Assembly (NCBI RefSeq): GCF_006345805.1
Contig: NC_043011.1
Span: 2,232,001 to 2,296,000 of the forward strand
DNA: 64,000 bases
From: Octopus sinensis
Taxonomy: Eukaryota
Direction: 5' to 3'
Below the pieces are notes generated by a model. It made no database searches, was not told the DNA's origin, and saw only the letters and a list, made by a program, of their open reading frames with translations. Every line of letters begins with the position of its first letter. Position 1 is the first letter of the stretch. Position numbers and translations under genes: made by a program. Shown here in pieces: positions 22,977 to 35,250 of this stretch.

Positions 22977-25900
22977 ATACAACTAGTGAAATATCTCTGC
23001 AGTACAGTGGTAAAAGTTAATATTCTTAACTCTGGTACTAATAAAAAGTGCATACAAGTTTCTGGTTTAGAAGTTGCCAGATTCTTTATGGAGAACTTTT
23101 AAAATATTTATCTTCTAGAATTTATTCTGTTTTGTCACAAGTGTGTAATTTTAGAAAGCGAGATATTTATGTGGGAAATGTCAAAATTTAGTCTTCTAAG
23201 TATTCACGGAATAGGGTATTTTGCAAGACAGAAATGGAGTAAAGCTAACTTGAAATTGTGCCAGTGAGGCTTTTGACTTTCTTTTTTTACGATTTAGTTT
23301 ACCTCCATTATAAAAGTTTTGGTAAATGACTACTTTGATGAAGTAAAATATCAATGGCTGTATTTTCCTGTTTGATTGACTTTTGATTTTCCTATAAATC
23401 AAATACAATCACTAGAACTGAAGGAGATTAATGCTGCTTCTCCTTGAATATAATGTAAAACTGGTTATTTAAAAAGGAATCTTATCTGCGTCTTTTGAAA
23501 GTATCTTTTGTTGTAAAATATTCATTTTGCCATGCTCTATCTAATCAGGGATGAATATTATACATCACTTTGAAAGAAGAATGGTTCCTGCTGGAGGTAA
23601 TATGAGAACATTGTAAACTGCAAGGTCACATGTGATCAATTTTGGCTTTTCATCTTTTATCCTGGTTAACATGTGACATATGTTCCCTGGCAAGGTTAGA
23701 GGTGGTATGAAAACCAAATATTGAGAAAGCAATGTAACAAAAGCAAGTAAAACTGTTTATTGGAAAGAAAGCATTGTTGTACAAATTAGATTTATCAAAC
23801 TATATATCAATTACCTGACCAAACTTTCTAAGTTTTAATTCTTTTGTTATTTTGTATTGCTCTCATTGGCAGAATTCCAGCCAACAACTTTTGTTTTATA
23901 CTAATAAACTAAAACTTAGCATTTCAAATTCTGACAAAAAACAGTTGATTATTATTAGGTAGTCTGTTTAATCTATTAGCCTATTCAGCCTCCTGCCATT
24001 GACGAATAAATAGTTGGAGATGTGACAAATAGTTAAAAGATATATAACAAAATTATATAGAATCAGAGTCAACACTCTTTGTAGAAGGGGTGGCATTCTA
24101 TTGCAGTGGGGTGGGGCCTATACAGCTTAATCAAATCAAAGAAATGAAGTTAAAGGTTATGGACATAAATTTTAAACTCAGAAGAATGATACTAAATAGT
24201 TTAATGCATCTAGTTTCATACTCTATAAACCATCTTCAGTGTTCTAAACTCGCTAATTATAAACTTTAGAAAATTTAACATTGACTGACTATTATATAAC
24301 AAAGGACACCGTGTTAATCATAAGAAGAAAGACAGAAAGACATCACCCACACTCCAACTAAATATGGTATCCAAAATTCAGTCAATTTGTTACCATATTC
24401 GTTATGATAATAACCTACAAATCTCTCAAGGTTAAACTTAAAATATGAACAAAATTGCTTCTCTTGAGTTAGATTTAAAATTTTGTCCTTAAATTAACTA
24501 GACTGATTCTATTTTTATGATTTAAGTAAGAAGAAATATTAGCTGAGAAATTAATGGTTCATATTCTGTTACTATTACTGTCAGTGGGTGGAATTTTCAC
24601 CATAAAAATTGCAGAACTCCAATCATTTCCTAAAATGGGAAAAATTACATTTAGTAGACTTGTGTCCCACCCAGAGAAAGTCTCATATCTCATCAAGTTT
24701 ACACTAGAAACACCAGAGACATGCATCAGTCTTACAAATACAATGAATCAGAGAATGGATATTGCTGTTCCCTTGAGAAAGATATGAAAGCCATACAATC
24801 TCATTTCTCACCCAGCATAAAATCGAGGAATTGCAACTATCGATGAAAAAGATATTTAACACAAGTGATGAATGGTTATGGGAAAAGAGAAATGTTGAAA
24901 TCATGCAATGGCAATAGCCAATTGGAAGGCTCATTTCCCAGTGGACTTCAAAAACAAAAGCTTTTATCTCTTTCACTATTTTCTAAGCTTGAAATAATTT
25001 AATTTTTCCAATGGCTAACACTATAATACCAAATCTGACAATGGTTGACTAAACACTTTTGGCAGATTATATAAATATTTCATTTTCTCAAAAATTTCAG
25101 CATTATTACAGCAGTCAGTTCTAACATTAAAGACACGAAACATTTTGGAATATGAAACTCTAATGGATAGCAATATAGAGATGTCACCAAGTTCATGTAG
25201 AAAAGTAAAAATTTCATCTATACAAAACAGAAATACAAGGTGAAAAAAAAAATAGAAACATTATATAAGCCAACAAAGAGAAAAAAATATGATAATCAGA
25301 AAACATGTATATATATACATGAAATGCTTACAACAGAATGGAATCTGAAAGGTGCTCAAAGAGTCCAAATGGAAGGGTGAAATAAGACCAGCAACTCGTA
25401 AAGTCATTTACACATTGGCAGATGTAGTTCAATTTAAGAATTTCTATAGTTTCTGCTTCTCCAGTTTCGCTCAACACTTCAGTTAATCTGAGGCTAGTAA
25501 GACACTCACCCAAGATGACATACACTGGGATTGAACTGTGAAGCTCATGATTGCAAAGTGAATTTCTTAATCATTCAGCCCTATTATGTCTAAACATACT
25601 AATGCATTTATTTATACAGACAGATGTATTCTTATGTCATTATTACACCTATTCATATTGTTAGCTAGGTAGGCATTAATTAATTAATCAATCGAGTAAT
25701 TAATTAATTAATTAATTAGTATTTCCATTATCAGTTCTTTAGGCTGCAAGCAGTCATAATGTACAAAGAGATAATTCTCTTTATCACAACAACCAAAGCG
25801 GATTTGTTTTTTGTAAGTGTAATGAAATATATATGATAATACTATCAGGAAGACAGAAGTGTGTATGTGTGTGTGTATGTGTGTGTGTATGTGTGTGTGT

Positions 25901-26459
25901 GTGTGTGCACACACATGCATGTGTGTGTATCATCATCATTGTCATCATCCTCATTTAACATCCACCCTTCTATGTTTGCATGAGTCAGACAGAAATTTTT
26001 GAAGCAGATTTTCTATGGCCAGATACCCTTCCTGTACCAAGTTGCACCTGTTCCTAAGTAAGGTAATCTTTCCCTACAATCAAACATATTCTCACAGAAG
26101 ATTGTAAATAAAGGCTATCACTTGCATGATAGTGACACACATTTTAGAATGATCGTGTGAAGTCAAGACAAGAAGACAGTAAAACCACACACATACACAT
26201 ATATATAGGCACATACTATGGCAATCCCTCAAGGTCGAGACATTATATACACACATACATTCACACACACACACTCACGTATATATACAATGGGCTTCTT
26301 TCAGTTTCCATCTGCCAAATCCATTTGCAAGGTTTTGGTTGGCTCAATGTTATAGTAGAAAACACTTGCCCAAGGTGCCACACAGTAGGACTGAACCTGA
26401 AACCATATGTCTCAGTTATAATATTCATTAGCTCCTCAGTATTGTTACTTGTCCCAATG

Positions 26460-27000
26460 TATATCAAATCTATTTTTCAAGGCTAACTGGAATTCTGAGA
26501 CTTTTGGTATGATGTCTTCCATACAAATTCTCTATGCTTTCTTTACTTTGCCGTTCCTTTCTTTAGTTGTATTTATTTGTATTTTGCATTTGACAAGTCT
26601 ATGGTCACTTCCAATGTTCCCTTTGTTGAGAGCCACCACATTCTGAACTATATTTGGGTTGCTTGACATTATGTGATTAATTTCATTTCTCATTCTATGT
26701 TGAAGATTAATAAAATGGATAAGTGAAGAAGTAACAGGTTGAATGGATATTTTCTGGAAAATAAAAACTCTGAAATGGTCTTTCGTAGGATATGTGTTTA
26801 GAAGAAAGGAAAATAGATGGGATACCAAATTAACAGAGTGGACACTATGTTCAGAAAAAAGAAGGAGGGGAAGACCAAACAGAAGTTGGAATGAAGACTT
26901 TGTTAAATTCTTTGGCACCCAAACATAGATGAGGAACACATCAGATTGTGGTTGGTGGGAGAGAATAAACTGAAGCCTTCTTCATCTGAACATGGGCAAG
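26460..27000. pseudogene. RTE-clade LINE relic with internal inversion (APE end on minus, RT C-terminus on plus)
   Basis: Minus 26460-26700: RNEINHIMS...IVQNVVALNKGNIGSDHRLVKCKIQIN...FQLALKNRF. Plus 26740-26990: IKTLKWSFVGYVFRRKENRWDTKLTEW...KRRRGRPNRSWNED. Confidence 0.75.
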
Positions 27001-27326
27001 GATGATGACACTATTACAAATTCAGTTCAGCTGATTTACCAATCAGTTTCACAAACAAAAGTTAAAGATCCTGGTGTGTAGTTGAAAAGAGCTGGTATGA
27101 AGAGTATGGTGATGTGGGGAGAGCTGTTGCTGTATATTTCATATCAGCCCTTCTTATAAGTGTCAGGATTTTTAGGGCTTTCTCCTAGCCCTGATGTATA
27201 ACCCTGATTTGTAAATCAGCATAAATGGATCTATAATACTGTACTGAATAAATATTAATACATACGTGCGTGTGTGTGTGTGTGTACATATAATTTATTA
27301 TTATCATTATTATTATTATTATTATT

Positions 27327-30300
27327 CAGTAGTTTTATTTTTATAGCGTGCTTTCACTTCACTACCGGGCACAGCTCTGTGTGCCTTGGGTATGTGCTGT
27401 GATTTGTTGTGATGCTCTGATGGTTATTGTATGGAAAGTGTTCTGCGTAGGATGTGTGCAGTGCCTAGTAGTGCAATTTTCTGTATGTTATATGTGTTTG
27501 TAAGTCCTGGTGTTTTTGTTATGTATTTGTCTGAATATTTTTTTATCATGCCTAATGCACCTACTATGATAGGAATTGTTTCTGTTTTCAGGTTCCACAT
27601 TCTAGTTACCTCTATTTCCAGGTCTTTGTATTTTGAGAGTTTCTCCATTTCTTTTAGAGACACGTTGTCATCAGCCGGTATTGATACATCAATTAGAAAG
27701 CATTTTCTTTCTTCATGATCTCTGACAACTATATCTGGTCTGTTGGCCTTAATTTCTCTATCTGTGTGTATCGGCATATCCCAGAGTATGGTTGCTTTCT
27801 CGTTTTCTGTGACCTTTTCTGGTGTGTGCCTATACCATCTTTTTTCTGTTGTTATTCCATAATGTTGGCATAGCTTCCAATGTATGTAGGTTCCAACTCT
27901 GTCATATCTGTGAATATATTCCTTCTTAGCCAGGACTGGGCAGCTAGAGATAATATGATTTATTGTTTCTTGTCCATCTCCACATATTCTGCAGTTACTT
28001 GTAATATTTCTTTTCATTACATGTTTTTGGTAATTTCTGGTGGGGAGGCTTTGGTCTTGTGCTGCAATTAAAAATCCCTCTGTTTCTGCTTTGAGTCCTG
28101 AGCTTCTCAACCATTGCTGGGATTTTTCTTTGTCTATTTCTTTTGCGTTTAGTTTAGTCCAGTATTTACCATGAAGGGGCTTTTCTTGCCATCGTTTTAT
28201 CATGGTTCGTTGCTGTTCTATTTTTAGTTTGGATTTCATTTGTTTTATAGCTTTTGTTGTTTCTTCATCTTCTTCTTCTTCTTCTTCATGTTTATTAGGT
28301 GGTATGATTTCTTGTTTGTATTTGTCAGCTTCCTTAAATACTGAGAACAGTTTTTTGTTTTGCTCGTGTTTTGCCGCTATCTGGATCAGTTTTCCTTCCT
28401 TCTGAAGTAGATATTTTTGCAGTCCTATGGTGGTTATTTTATAGTAGTTTTCCAGCTGTATAAGGCCTCTACCACCTTCTATACGTTGTATATATAGTCT
28501 TTCTACGTCAGATTTTGGGTGATGCATCCTAGATCCTGTCATTATTTTTCTTGTTTTCCTATCTATTTTGGTCAGTTCATTTCGTGTCCAGTTAAGGATA
28601 TTGTAGCTGTAACTTATAACTGGGACAGCTAAAGTGTTGATACCTATTATCTTGTTTTTAGCATTGAGCTCTGTGTTTAGTATTGATCTAACTCGTCTAT
28701 AATATTCTTTTTTTATTTTCTCTTTCATTTGTGTGTGTTGTGTCTTATCTAGTTCATGGATTCCTAAGTATTTGTAAGTTTGGCTTTGGTCTAATTCTTT
28801 TATTTCATTGGTTTTATCTAGTGTGATGTTGTTACTCTTAACTAGTTTTCCTCTTTTCATGGTTACTTTGGCACATTTTTCTAATCCAAATTTCATATCT
28901 ATTTCTTTGGTAAATCCATGAACTGTCTTTAATAGTGTTTCCAGCTGTTTGTCATTTGCAGCGTATAGTTTTAGGTCATCCATATATAAAAGGTGGCTGA
29001 TCATTTTGCCGTAACATTTATATCCACATCCCGTTCTATTTAGCATATCAGATAGAGGTGACAGTGCCAAGCAGAAAAGGAGTGGAGAGAGCGTGTCTCC
29101 CTGGAATATTCCTCTTCTAATAGAGATGTCTTTGGTTTTCATGAGTCCCTCTTTTGTTTGGAGGTGTAGGACTGTTTGCCATTTATTCATAGAGTGCTCT
29201 ATGAATTTTATGATTGTTGGTGCTACTTTGTTAATGGCTAGTGTTTCGAGGATCCATGTGTGGGGGATGCTATCAAACGCCTTTTTGTAGTCAATCCAGG
29301 CCATACTGAGGCCTTTCTTCTTTCTGTGGCTGTCTTCAGTTATGGCTTTATTAATCATTAGTTGATCTTTACAGCCATATGAGCCTTTGCGGCATCCTTT
29401 CTGCTCTTCTGGGAACAGTTTGTTTTCGTCCAGGTGCTTCTTCAGCCTTTGTGATATCACTGCAGTAAATGCCTTGAACATAGTAGGGAGGCAGGTTATT
29501 GGTCTGTAGTTTTCTGGTTTTTCTGTTTCATTTGATTTGGGAATTAAGATGGTTTTCCCCTTCGTGAGCCATTCAGGCATTGTCTCTGGCTCTGCTAGTA
29601 CGTTGTTAAAGTTTTCAGCCAGCTTTTTGTGCATTCCTGTTAGATATTTCAACCAGAAGTTGGGGATCTTGTCATGCCCAGGTGCCTTCCAGTTGCTTAG
29701 TATTTGCAGTGCCTGGGTGACCTCTTCAGTTGTTATGGGGGTCCAAAGTTGTTCAGATGCCGAGTTTGTTATTTTGATACTCCTTTTTTTTGGTGGTTCG
29801 TTCGCCGACCATATTTCTCTCCAGAATTCTTCCAATTCTTCTGCCGTTGGTGCTGCAGTGACTTCTATTTTATTTTTGCCCAGTTCTTGGTAGAACTTTT
29901 TGGGGTTGGAGTTGAACTTTTTGTTTTGTTCAAAGAAGCGTTGGCGTTTCTCATACCGGCGGATCCTTTGTGCTTTGGCAAGGATATCTTGCTTCAGCTT
30001 TTCTTTTATTTCAGGCAAATCTTTCTCTGTGATGTTATATTTGCGGAGTATTTTTGTTCTCTTTTTGTTGCTCAGTAGCGTTGATTGTTTGCTGATTTCA
30101 TTAAGAATCGACAGGTCTTTTCTAATTTTTTAAATTTTGTTTTGGATGTTATTTATCCACAGGGTTTGTTTGGGTGGTGGTACTCCTGTTTGGGCGGGTT
30201 TGGGTGAGTATCCAGCTTCTTTTGTGGCTGCAGTGGCTGCTGCGTATATTATGTCATTTAGCTCAGTGATATCACTTTTTTTTTATTCAGTGGCTATCAG

Positions 30301-30733
30301 TTCAGTGACGGCTAGGTTTATGCTGTTTATAATAGGTGTTGTTATTTCGTTTATTTTGATTCTTGGGAGGTATGGTCGGTGGTCCATTTTGAGCTCTGTG
30401 GTTTTCAGTTCTTTGATTATTTTATTTTTTATATTATCATAATCATTAGGCTCCCCTTCGTTGTTTACATCGTGTTTGTTGGGAATGTTGCGTTTGTCTT
30501 CGTGTTTTACAGTTTCAGTGTTTATATTATTGGGCATTGTTGTGTGGCTTCTATCTACATTTTCCTGGTGTATGTTTTCTTTTAGGTGTTCTATTTCTAT
30601 TTCTGATATTTATTTTGTGTTGAGAATGTATCTTCGTACGTTAGCTAATTTATTAGGGTTCATTGCTGTATCCAAGTCTATATCTCTATTATTTTCCTTC
30701 CATATTTTATATGTATGTGTTGTTGTATTTTCA
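27327..30733 (-). mobile_element. R4/Dong-clade non-LTR retrotransposon inserted in a (TAA)n microsatellite; near full length, slightly 5'-truncated
   Basis: Single ORF with RT + RLE. (TTA)n tracts directly abut both ends (27296-27326, 30734-30780). The 3' UTR is ~100 bp. The upstream reading frame continues to ~30725 through TAA stops at 30130-30132 and 30610-30612 and a frameshift in the T-run at ~30276-30284. Confidence 0.85.
27424..30018 (-). CDS. Reverse transcriptase + restriction-like endonuclease (864-aa open segment of the element ORF)
   Basis: KAPGHD, YRPITCL, EQKGC, AWIDYKKAFDSIPH, RGIFQGDTLSPLLF, YMDD, LGI, HPKSDVERLY..RIEGGRGL, CCHC knuckle CRICGDGQETINHIISSC, and NRPDIVV...LIDV...KY (PD-D/ExK type). 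The listed start is a TTG within the ORF, not a true initiator. Confidence 0.95.
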   Translation of the reverse strand: MPEIKEKLKQDILAKAQRIRRYEKRQRFFEQNKKFNSNPKKFYQELGKNKIEVTAAPTAEELEEFWREIWSANEPPKKRSIKITNSASEQLWTPITTEEVTQALQILSNWKAPGHDKIPNFWLKYLTGMHKKLAENFNNVLAEPETMPEWLTKGKTILIPKSNETEKPENYRPITCLPTMFKAFTAVISQRLKKHLDENKLFPEEQKGCRKGSYGCKDQLMINKAITEDSHRKKKGLSMAWIDYKKAFDSIPHTWILETLAINKVAPTIIKFIEHSMNKWQTVLHLQTKEGLMKTKDISIRRGIFQGDTLSPLLFCLALSPLSDMLNRTGCGYKCYGKMISHLLYMDDLKLYAANDKQLETLLKTVHGFTKEIDMKFGLEKCAKVTMKRGKLVKSNNITLDKTNEIKELDQSQTYKYLGIHELDKTQHTQMKEKIKKEYYRRVRSILNTELNAKNKIIGINTLAVPVISYSYNILNWTRNELTKIDRKTRKIMTGSRMHHPKSDVERLYIQRIEGGRGLIQLENYYKITTIGLQKYLLQKEGKLIQIAAKHEQNKKLFSVFKEADKYKQEIIPPNKHEEEEEEDEETTKAIKQMKSKLKIEQQRTMIKRWQEKPLHGKYWTKLNAKEIDKEKSQQWLRSSGLKAETEGFLIAAQDQSLPTRNYQKHVMKRNITSNCRICGDGQETINHIISSCPVLAKKEYIHRYDRVGTYIHWKLCQHYGITTEKRWYRHTPEKVTENEKATILWDMPIHTDREIKANRPDIVVRDHEERKCFLIDVSIPADDNVSLKEMEKLSKYKDLEIEVTRMWNLKTETIPIIVGALGMIKKYSDKYITKTPGLTNTYNIQKIALLGTAHILRRTLSIQ

Positions 30734-30736
30734 TTA

Positions 30737-30779
<43 letters not shown>

Positions 30780-30838
30780 CATTTAAAAATTACAAAAATA
30801 ATAAAGCAATGAACCTGACAGTTCATATGTTCTCTTCA

Positions 30839-30928
30839 CTGATTACAATGACTCTTCATATATATATATAATAAATATCAGGGTAAGAAAAATCTATATA
30901 TATATATATGAAGAGTCATTGTAATCAG
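30839..30928. repeat. Perfect 32-bp inverted repeat abutting the 30929-31742 element
   Basis: ctgattacaatgactcttc(at)6a at 30839-30870 and its exact reverse complement at 30897-30928. Confidence 0.9.
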
Positions 30929-31321
30929 ATCTTGAATTATCAAATAATATCTTTTTGCTAGTTTATTTTGTCTCTCTATCTTATCTCATGGTGCGATATG
31001 AACATTTAAGGTGGATTTTAGAGTCAGGGTTTGACTGCTATTTCGGCATGGTGGTGTCTCTCAGATACCCTTATTTATAGTTGTAAAAAATTATTACCGT
31101 TGTATGGTATTTATTCCCATGCTGGCCACTTGATAATATCGATATTATCCTTATTTATAAATTTATATAATTTGTCACTATATTCAGTGCCGTGTTTATT
31201 TTGACCATATTGCGCTTATGAGGTGGTTGGCGGGCAATTTGAATCTGGCCTTGTACATACGTGCATATATATGTATGTATGGACGTTCATATATGTAAGT
31301 ATAACGTGTGTTCTGTATATA

Positions 31322-31625
31322 TATCATCATCATCATCATCATCATCATTTAGCGTCCGCCTTCCATGCTAGCATGGGTTGGACAGTTCAACTGGGGTCTG
31401 TGAAGCCAGAAGGCTGCATCAGGCCCAGTCTGATCTGGCAGTGTTTCTATGGCTGGATGCCCTTCCTAACGCCAACCACTCCTTGAGTGTAGTGGGTGCT
31501 TTTTACGTGCCACCCGCACAGGTGCCAGACAGGCCACAGACGGATGGTGCTTTTTATGTGCCACCGGCACGGGGGCCAGGTGAGGCTGGCAATGGCCACG
31601 ATCGGATGGTGCTTTTTACGTACCC
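31322..31625 (-). mobile_element. SINE family B
   Basis: (cat)n then tttagcgtccgccttccatgctagcatggg...ggctggatgcccttcc, with three gtgctttttacgtgcc-type repeats. Confidence 0.85.
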
Positions 31626-31634
31626 ATCTGGTAT

Positions 31635-31693
31635 GTTCAACTGATGAAAGCAGAGCTTATTTGAAGCAAAGCTAGAAATCCATGATCTTGAAT
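31635..31693 (+). ncRNA. Type I hammerhead ribozyme (AUC site; 10.1-11.1 pair broken)
   Basis: Stem I GUUCAA/UUGAAU. Core CUGAUGA (31641-47). Stem II A.A, then AGC/GCU, plus inner GCUU/AAGC hairpin. GAA (31675-77). Stem III AUC-cau-GAU. C17 at 31687. Confidence 0.65.
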
Positions 31694-32984
31694 TATCCAG
31701 TAATATCTTTTTGCTAGTTTATTTTGTCTCTCTATCTTATCTGAACTGACCAACCAAAACTGCAATTTTACTTAACGACCACACACTTTGGTATCCGTTA
31801 CCACCACAACCCACTGAAACACTACATGAATAATTTTTTTATTTTCTCAGTATCTTAATTGCTGTCTTCCCTATTTCCCTATACTTGAAATATTCATAAT
31901 GTTTCCTTTTTTGTTTGACTCAGTTCACTACTTTTCACTTTTTTTCATTTTTTGAAAAAAAAAAATCATTTTATTTATCTGGTGTAGTTTTGTGAATGTA
32001 GATTTACAAGATTTACTAGATTTTTCAATGTCTGGATTTCATCTCATGCTATAGGTTTAAAGATAAGATATTTAGTTTGGTGAAACAATTCTAATGCATA
32101 AGTGATATGTAATTTAATCAAACTTGGAAGATTGAAAGGTGAAGTTAACCATACCAATATCTGAACTCAAGAAATATATCCAATACTTACAAGACATTTT
32201 TGCTTGACACTTTACATCTGCCATTTTGCCAACACTATTCATTTTAGTCTCTTCACAAAACAATAAAAATTCAAAAAGTTTTGTGATAATTATCTTTTCA
32301 CTGATGTTTTAACAAGACACTTGTCTCACATCAACATCCTCACTTAAGATATATGATGCTAGAAAATTTATCAATCATCAAATATACAATAAAAAAGTTG
32401 GTTAGAAATAGAATACAAACAACCAATTCTTATATGAAGAAGGAGTGAAAGAGTTAAAAGTTTTATAAAATTACACATATAGATATAAATGAAATTTTAT
32501 TATCAAAAATTCATTATTTTGGTTGTTATTAAAACTACAACATCCAAAAATTTAGGCAAGAAAAAATCTTCCACTTTCTTTTATTAAATTGATTAAATTT
32601 CATGTCAAATAGTAAAACTGGAGATTAGAGTTATAAATAATTAGGAAAGTAAAAATGAATTTCATTTCAATAGAAATTAGTTTGGTGAGAAAATTGAATC
32701 TAGTCAGACCAGGTTTGTGTACCTAATTGATGTTATATTAATTTCACTTTTCTGTAGGAAGCAAAGTAATTGTCTTGAAGCAGTAGCACCATTAGCTCTA
32801 TGATCATTTTAAGAGAGGAAATTAAAAGGAAAGAAATCTACTAAAACTCCTAAAATCAACAGCTGTCCCATTATTTTTAATATTGTTCACGGCTTTGTTG
32901 GCTAATTTAATATAAAATTACTTTATAATGCCACATAATATAACAACAACTACAAGTGTTTTTTCTGTTAAAGCAAAGGTTAAG

Positions 32985-33330
32985 CTGGCTGGACCCATGG
33001 CTGTGTGTCCTCCATTTTCCCACATCTTCTACCTTCCCTACATCACCCACTTACTCTTTGTTTTCTCCTCCATTTTTAGTCATGCTTACTTGGACTTCCC
33101 TTCCTCAGTTCTTCACCACACTCATTTCTATCATTCCTCTCACTATTATCCATCTTCAGCACTTGACCCAGCGATTCCATCTAAGTTCACTTCATGACAT
33201 CCATCACTGGCTCAATTCCCATCTTTCACTCTAATTCATTGTATTTCTTCCTCTTTATTACTGACATTCTACATATCTACTTAATTGTTCTGTATTTTCT
33301 ATCTTTCCCTGCTGCTCTGTGGTCATTATC
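32985..33330 (-). pseudogene. Highly degraded RTE LINE 3' fragment
   Basis: Minus reads ...CRMSVIKRKKYNELE.KMGIEPVMDVMK...LGQVLKMD..., resembling the RTE C-terminal MCGV..KDR..NEEL..LGI..V...GHV.RM. Confidence 0.45.
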
Positions 33331-33469
33331 TAATAAATTAATATACATGCATACACCTGTAAACATGAATAGCCATCTAAGAATCCATAAGGCAGAACAA
33401 ATTCTGTACTTGCATATTAGTCAATAGAGTGGGTATATTAATCAAAGAGTGCAGTACTATATATCCAAT

Positions 33470-34250
33470 ACGATCGATTTTACCAACCTGCTTTGCACTG
33501 GGTCATTCTGATTTTGTCATCTTGATTTTGTGAGCTCCTGCTTGAGGTTCAAGGTTATGAGATCATCTTCATTACTTCGTCCCATGTCTTCTTAAATCTC
33601 CCTCCTCCACAAGCAGTATCCACATTAAGTTAGCAGTACTTGTTAATACAGCTGCCCTCATTCACACTCATCACATGACTATACCAATGCATCAGCATGC
33701 ATGCTACATAAGATTCCTCTTGTACCCATTTTTTCATTTTTTCTCTCAACCCATTTGTACTTTGTCATTCATGCACACTTATATTGCACATTCAATGGAG
33801 CACATTAACTCTATTACTTTCCAATCTTCTCAACCCAAGCAGCTTTGTAGTTCTGATACAAGCACCTTACAAAATGCCCTTCACTATGAGGGAAAAAACC
33901 TTTGTTGCCAACAGTGTTGGTAGAACCCTGAACTGTTTCCAATCTTTTTTTTTCCTGGCTACTATGCTTTCAGAATAATCTATCCTTCTGCTAATTACAT
34001 CTAAATATCAAAGCTATCAGCTACTTCTAATGACTCATTGGGGCATCTAAGAGAATACTTTTCCAGTGTACTCAGAGTATGTCTGCTCCAGTGCATTCTC
34101 TCTTAAACTGCCAGTGATTTCACTACACATCTGTGTGTCCATAACTTAAAATTTGGAACAGTATATCAAGTTTATACCAACTCCTTTTCTGTATATTGAG
34201 CAAGGCCATTTCCTTGAATATACCAGGCTCTCATCTTCTTTCCTATGTGT
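33470..34250 (-). pseudogene. RTE LINE 3' fragment (Cys-rich insert and post-RT region)
   Basis: Across frameshifts: SRKWPCSIYRKGVGINLIYC..LWTHRC..., ESLEVADSF, WKQFRVLP.LLATK, HWYSHVMSV, KKTWDEVMK. Confidence 0.7.
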
Positions 34251-34270
34251 ACGTACGTACATACATACAT

Positions 34271-34358
<88 letters not shown>

Positions 34359-34367
34359 TACATACAT

Positions 34368-34400
<33 letters not shown>

Positions 34401-34831
34401 TTCACAAAGCATATCCTCATAATGTGAATCATTAGAAATTAGTATATCAGTGACAGAAAATCAGGATTTTAAAGTAGATGTTTATCCCTATTTTTGATTA
34501 AAAACAACTTCTGGGTCTTCTTAGATGATTGGAGCTGATTACACAATGCAATAATTAAAGTTCTACTTTACAACAGCTGCTTACTACTTTCCTACCACGA
34601 ATAATTCTCATTTACTCTTTTACTTGTTTCAGTCATTTGACAGTGGCCATGCTAGAGCACTGCCGTGTATGTGTGTGTGGAGGGGGCATGTATGTATGTA
34701 TGTATGTATGTATGTCATTACTCAGTCTTATTTGAAGATTTCTTCCAATAAAGAAAGAGTTGGTTTCTAACATAAATCCAAGTCTCTTTCATTGGAATTT
34801 CCATAACATCAACATGATATCCTTTGCATAT

Positions 34832-35250
34832 AGGTGCAGGACTGGCTGTGTGGTAAGTAGCTTGCTTACCAACCACATGGTTCCGGGTTCAGTCCCACTG
34901 TGTGGCATCTTGGGCAAGTGTCTTCTGCTATAGCCTCGGGCCGACCAATGCCTTGTGAGTGGATTTGGTAGATGGAAACTGAAAGAAGCCTGTCGTATAT
35001 ATGTATATATATGTATGCATTCGTATATGTTTGTGTGTCTGTGTTTGTCCCCCCCACCATCGCTTGACAACCGACGCTGGAGTGTTTACGTCCCTGTCAC
35101 TTAGCAGTTCGGAAAAAAGAGACCGATAGAATAAGTAATGGGCTTACAAAGAATAAGTCCCGGGATCGATTTGCCCGACTAAAGGTGGTGCTCCAGCATG
35201 GTCGCAGTCAAATGACTGAAACAAGTAAAAGAGTAAAAGAGAGAGAGAGT
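34832..35250 (+). mobile_element. SINE family A
   Basis: Complete head, microsatellite middle and tail. Confidence 0.9.

Larger units (their letters stand above)
30929..31742 (+). mobile_element. ORF-less hammerhead element with 59-bp terminal direct repeat, interrupted by a family B SINE
   Basis: gatcttgaattatc...ctctatcttatct at 30928-30986 and 31684-31742 (2 mismatches). The second copy begins inside the hammerhead at 31635-31693. Confidence 0.6.
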
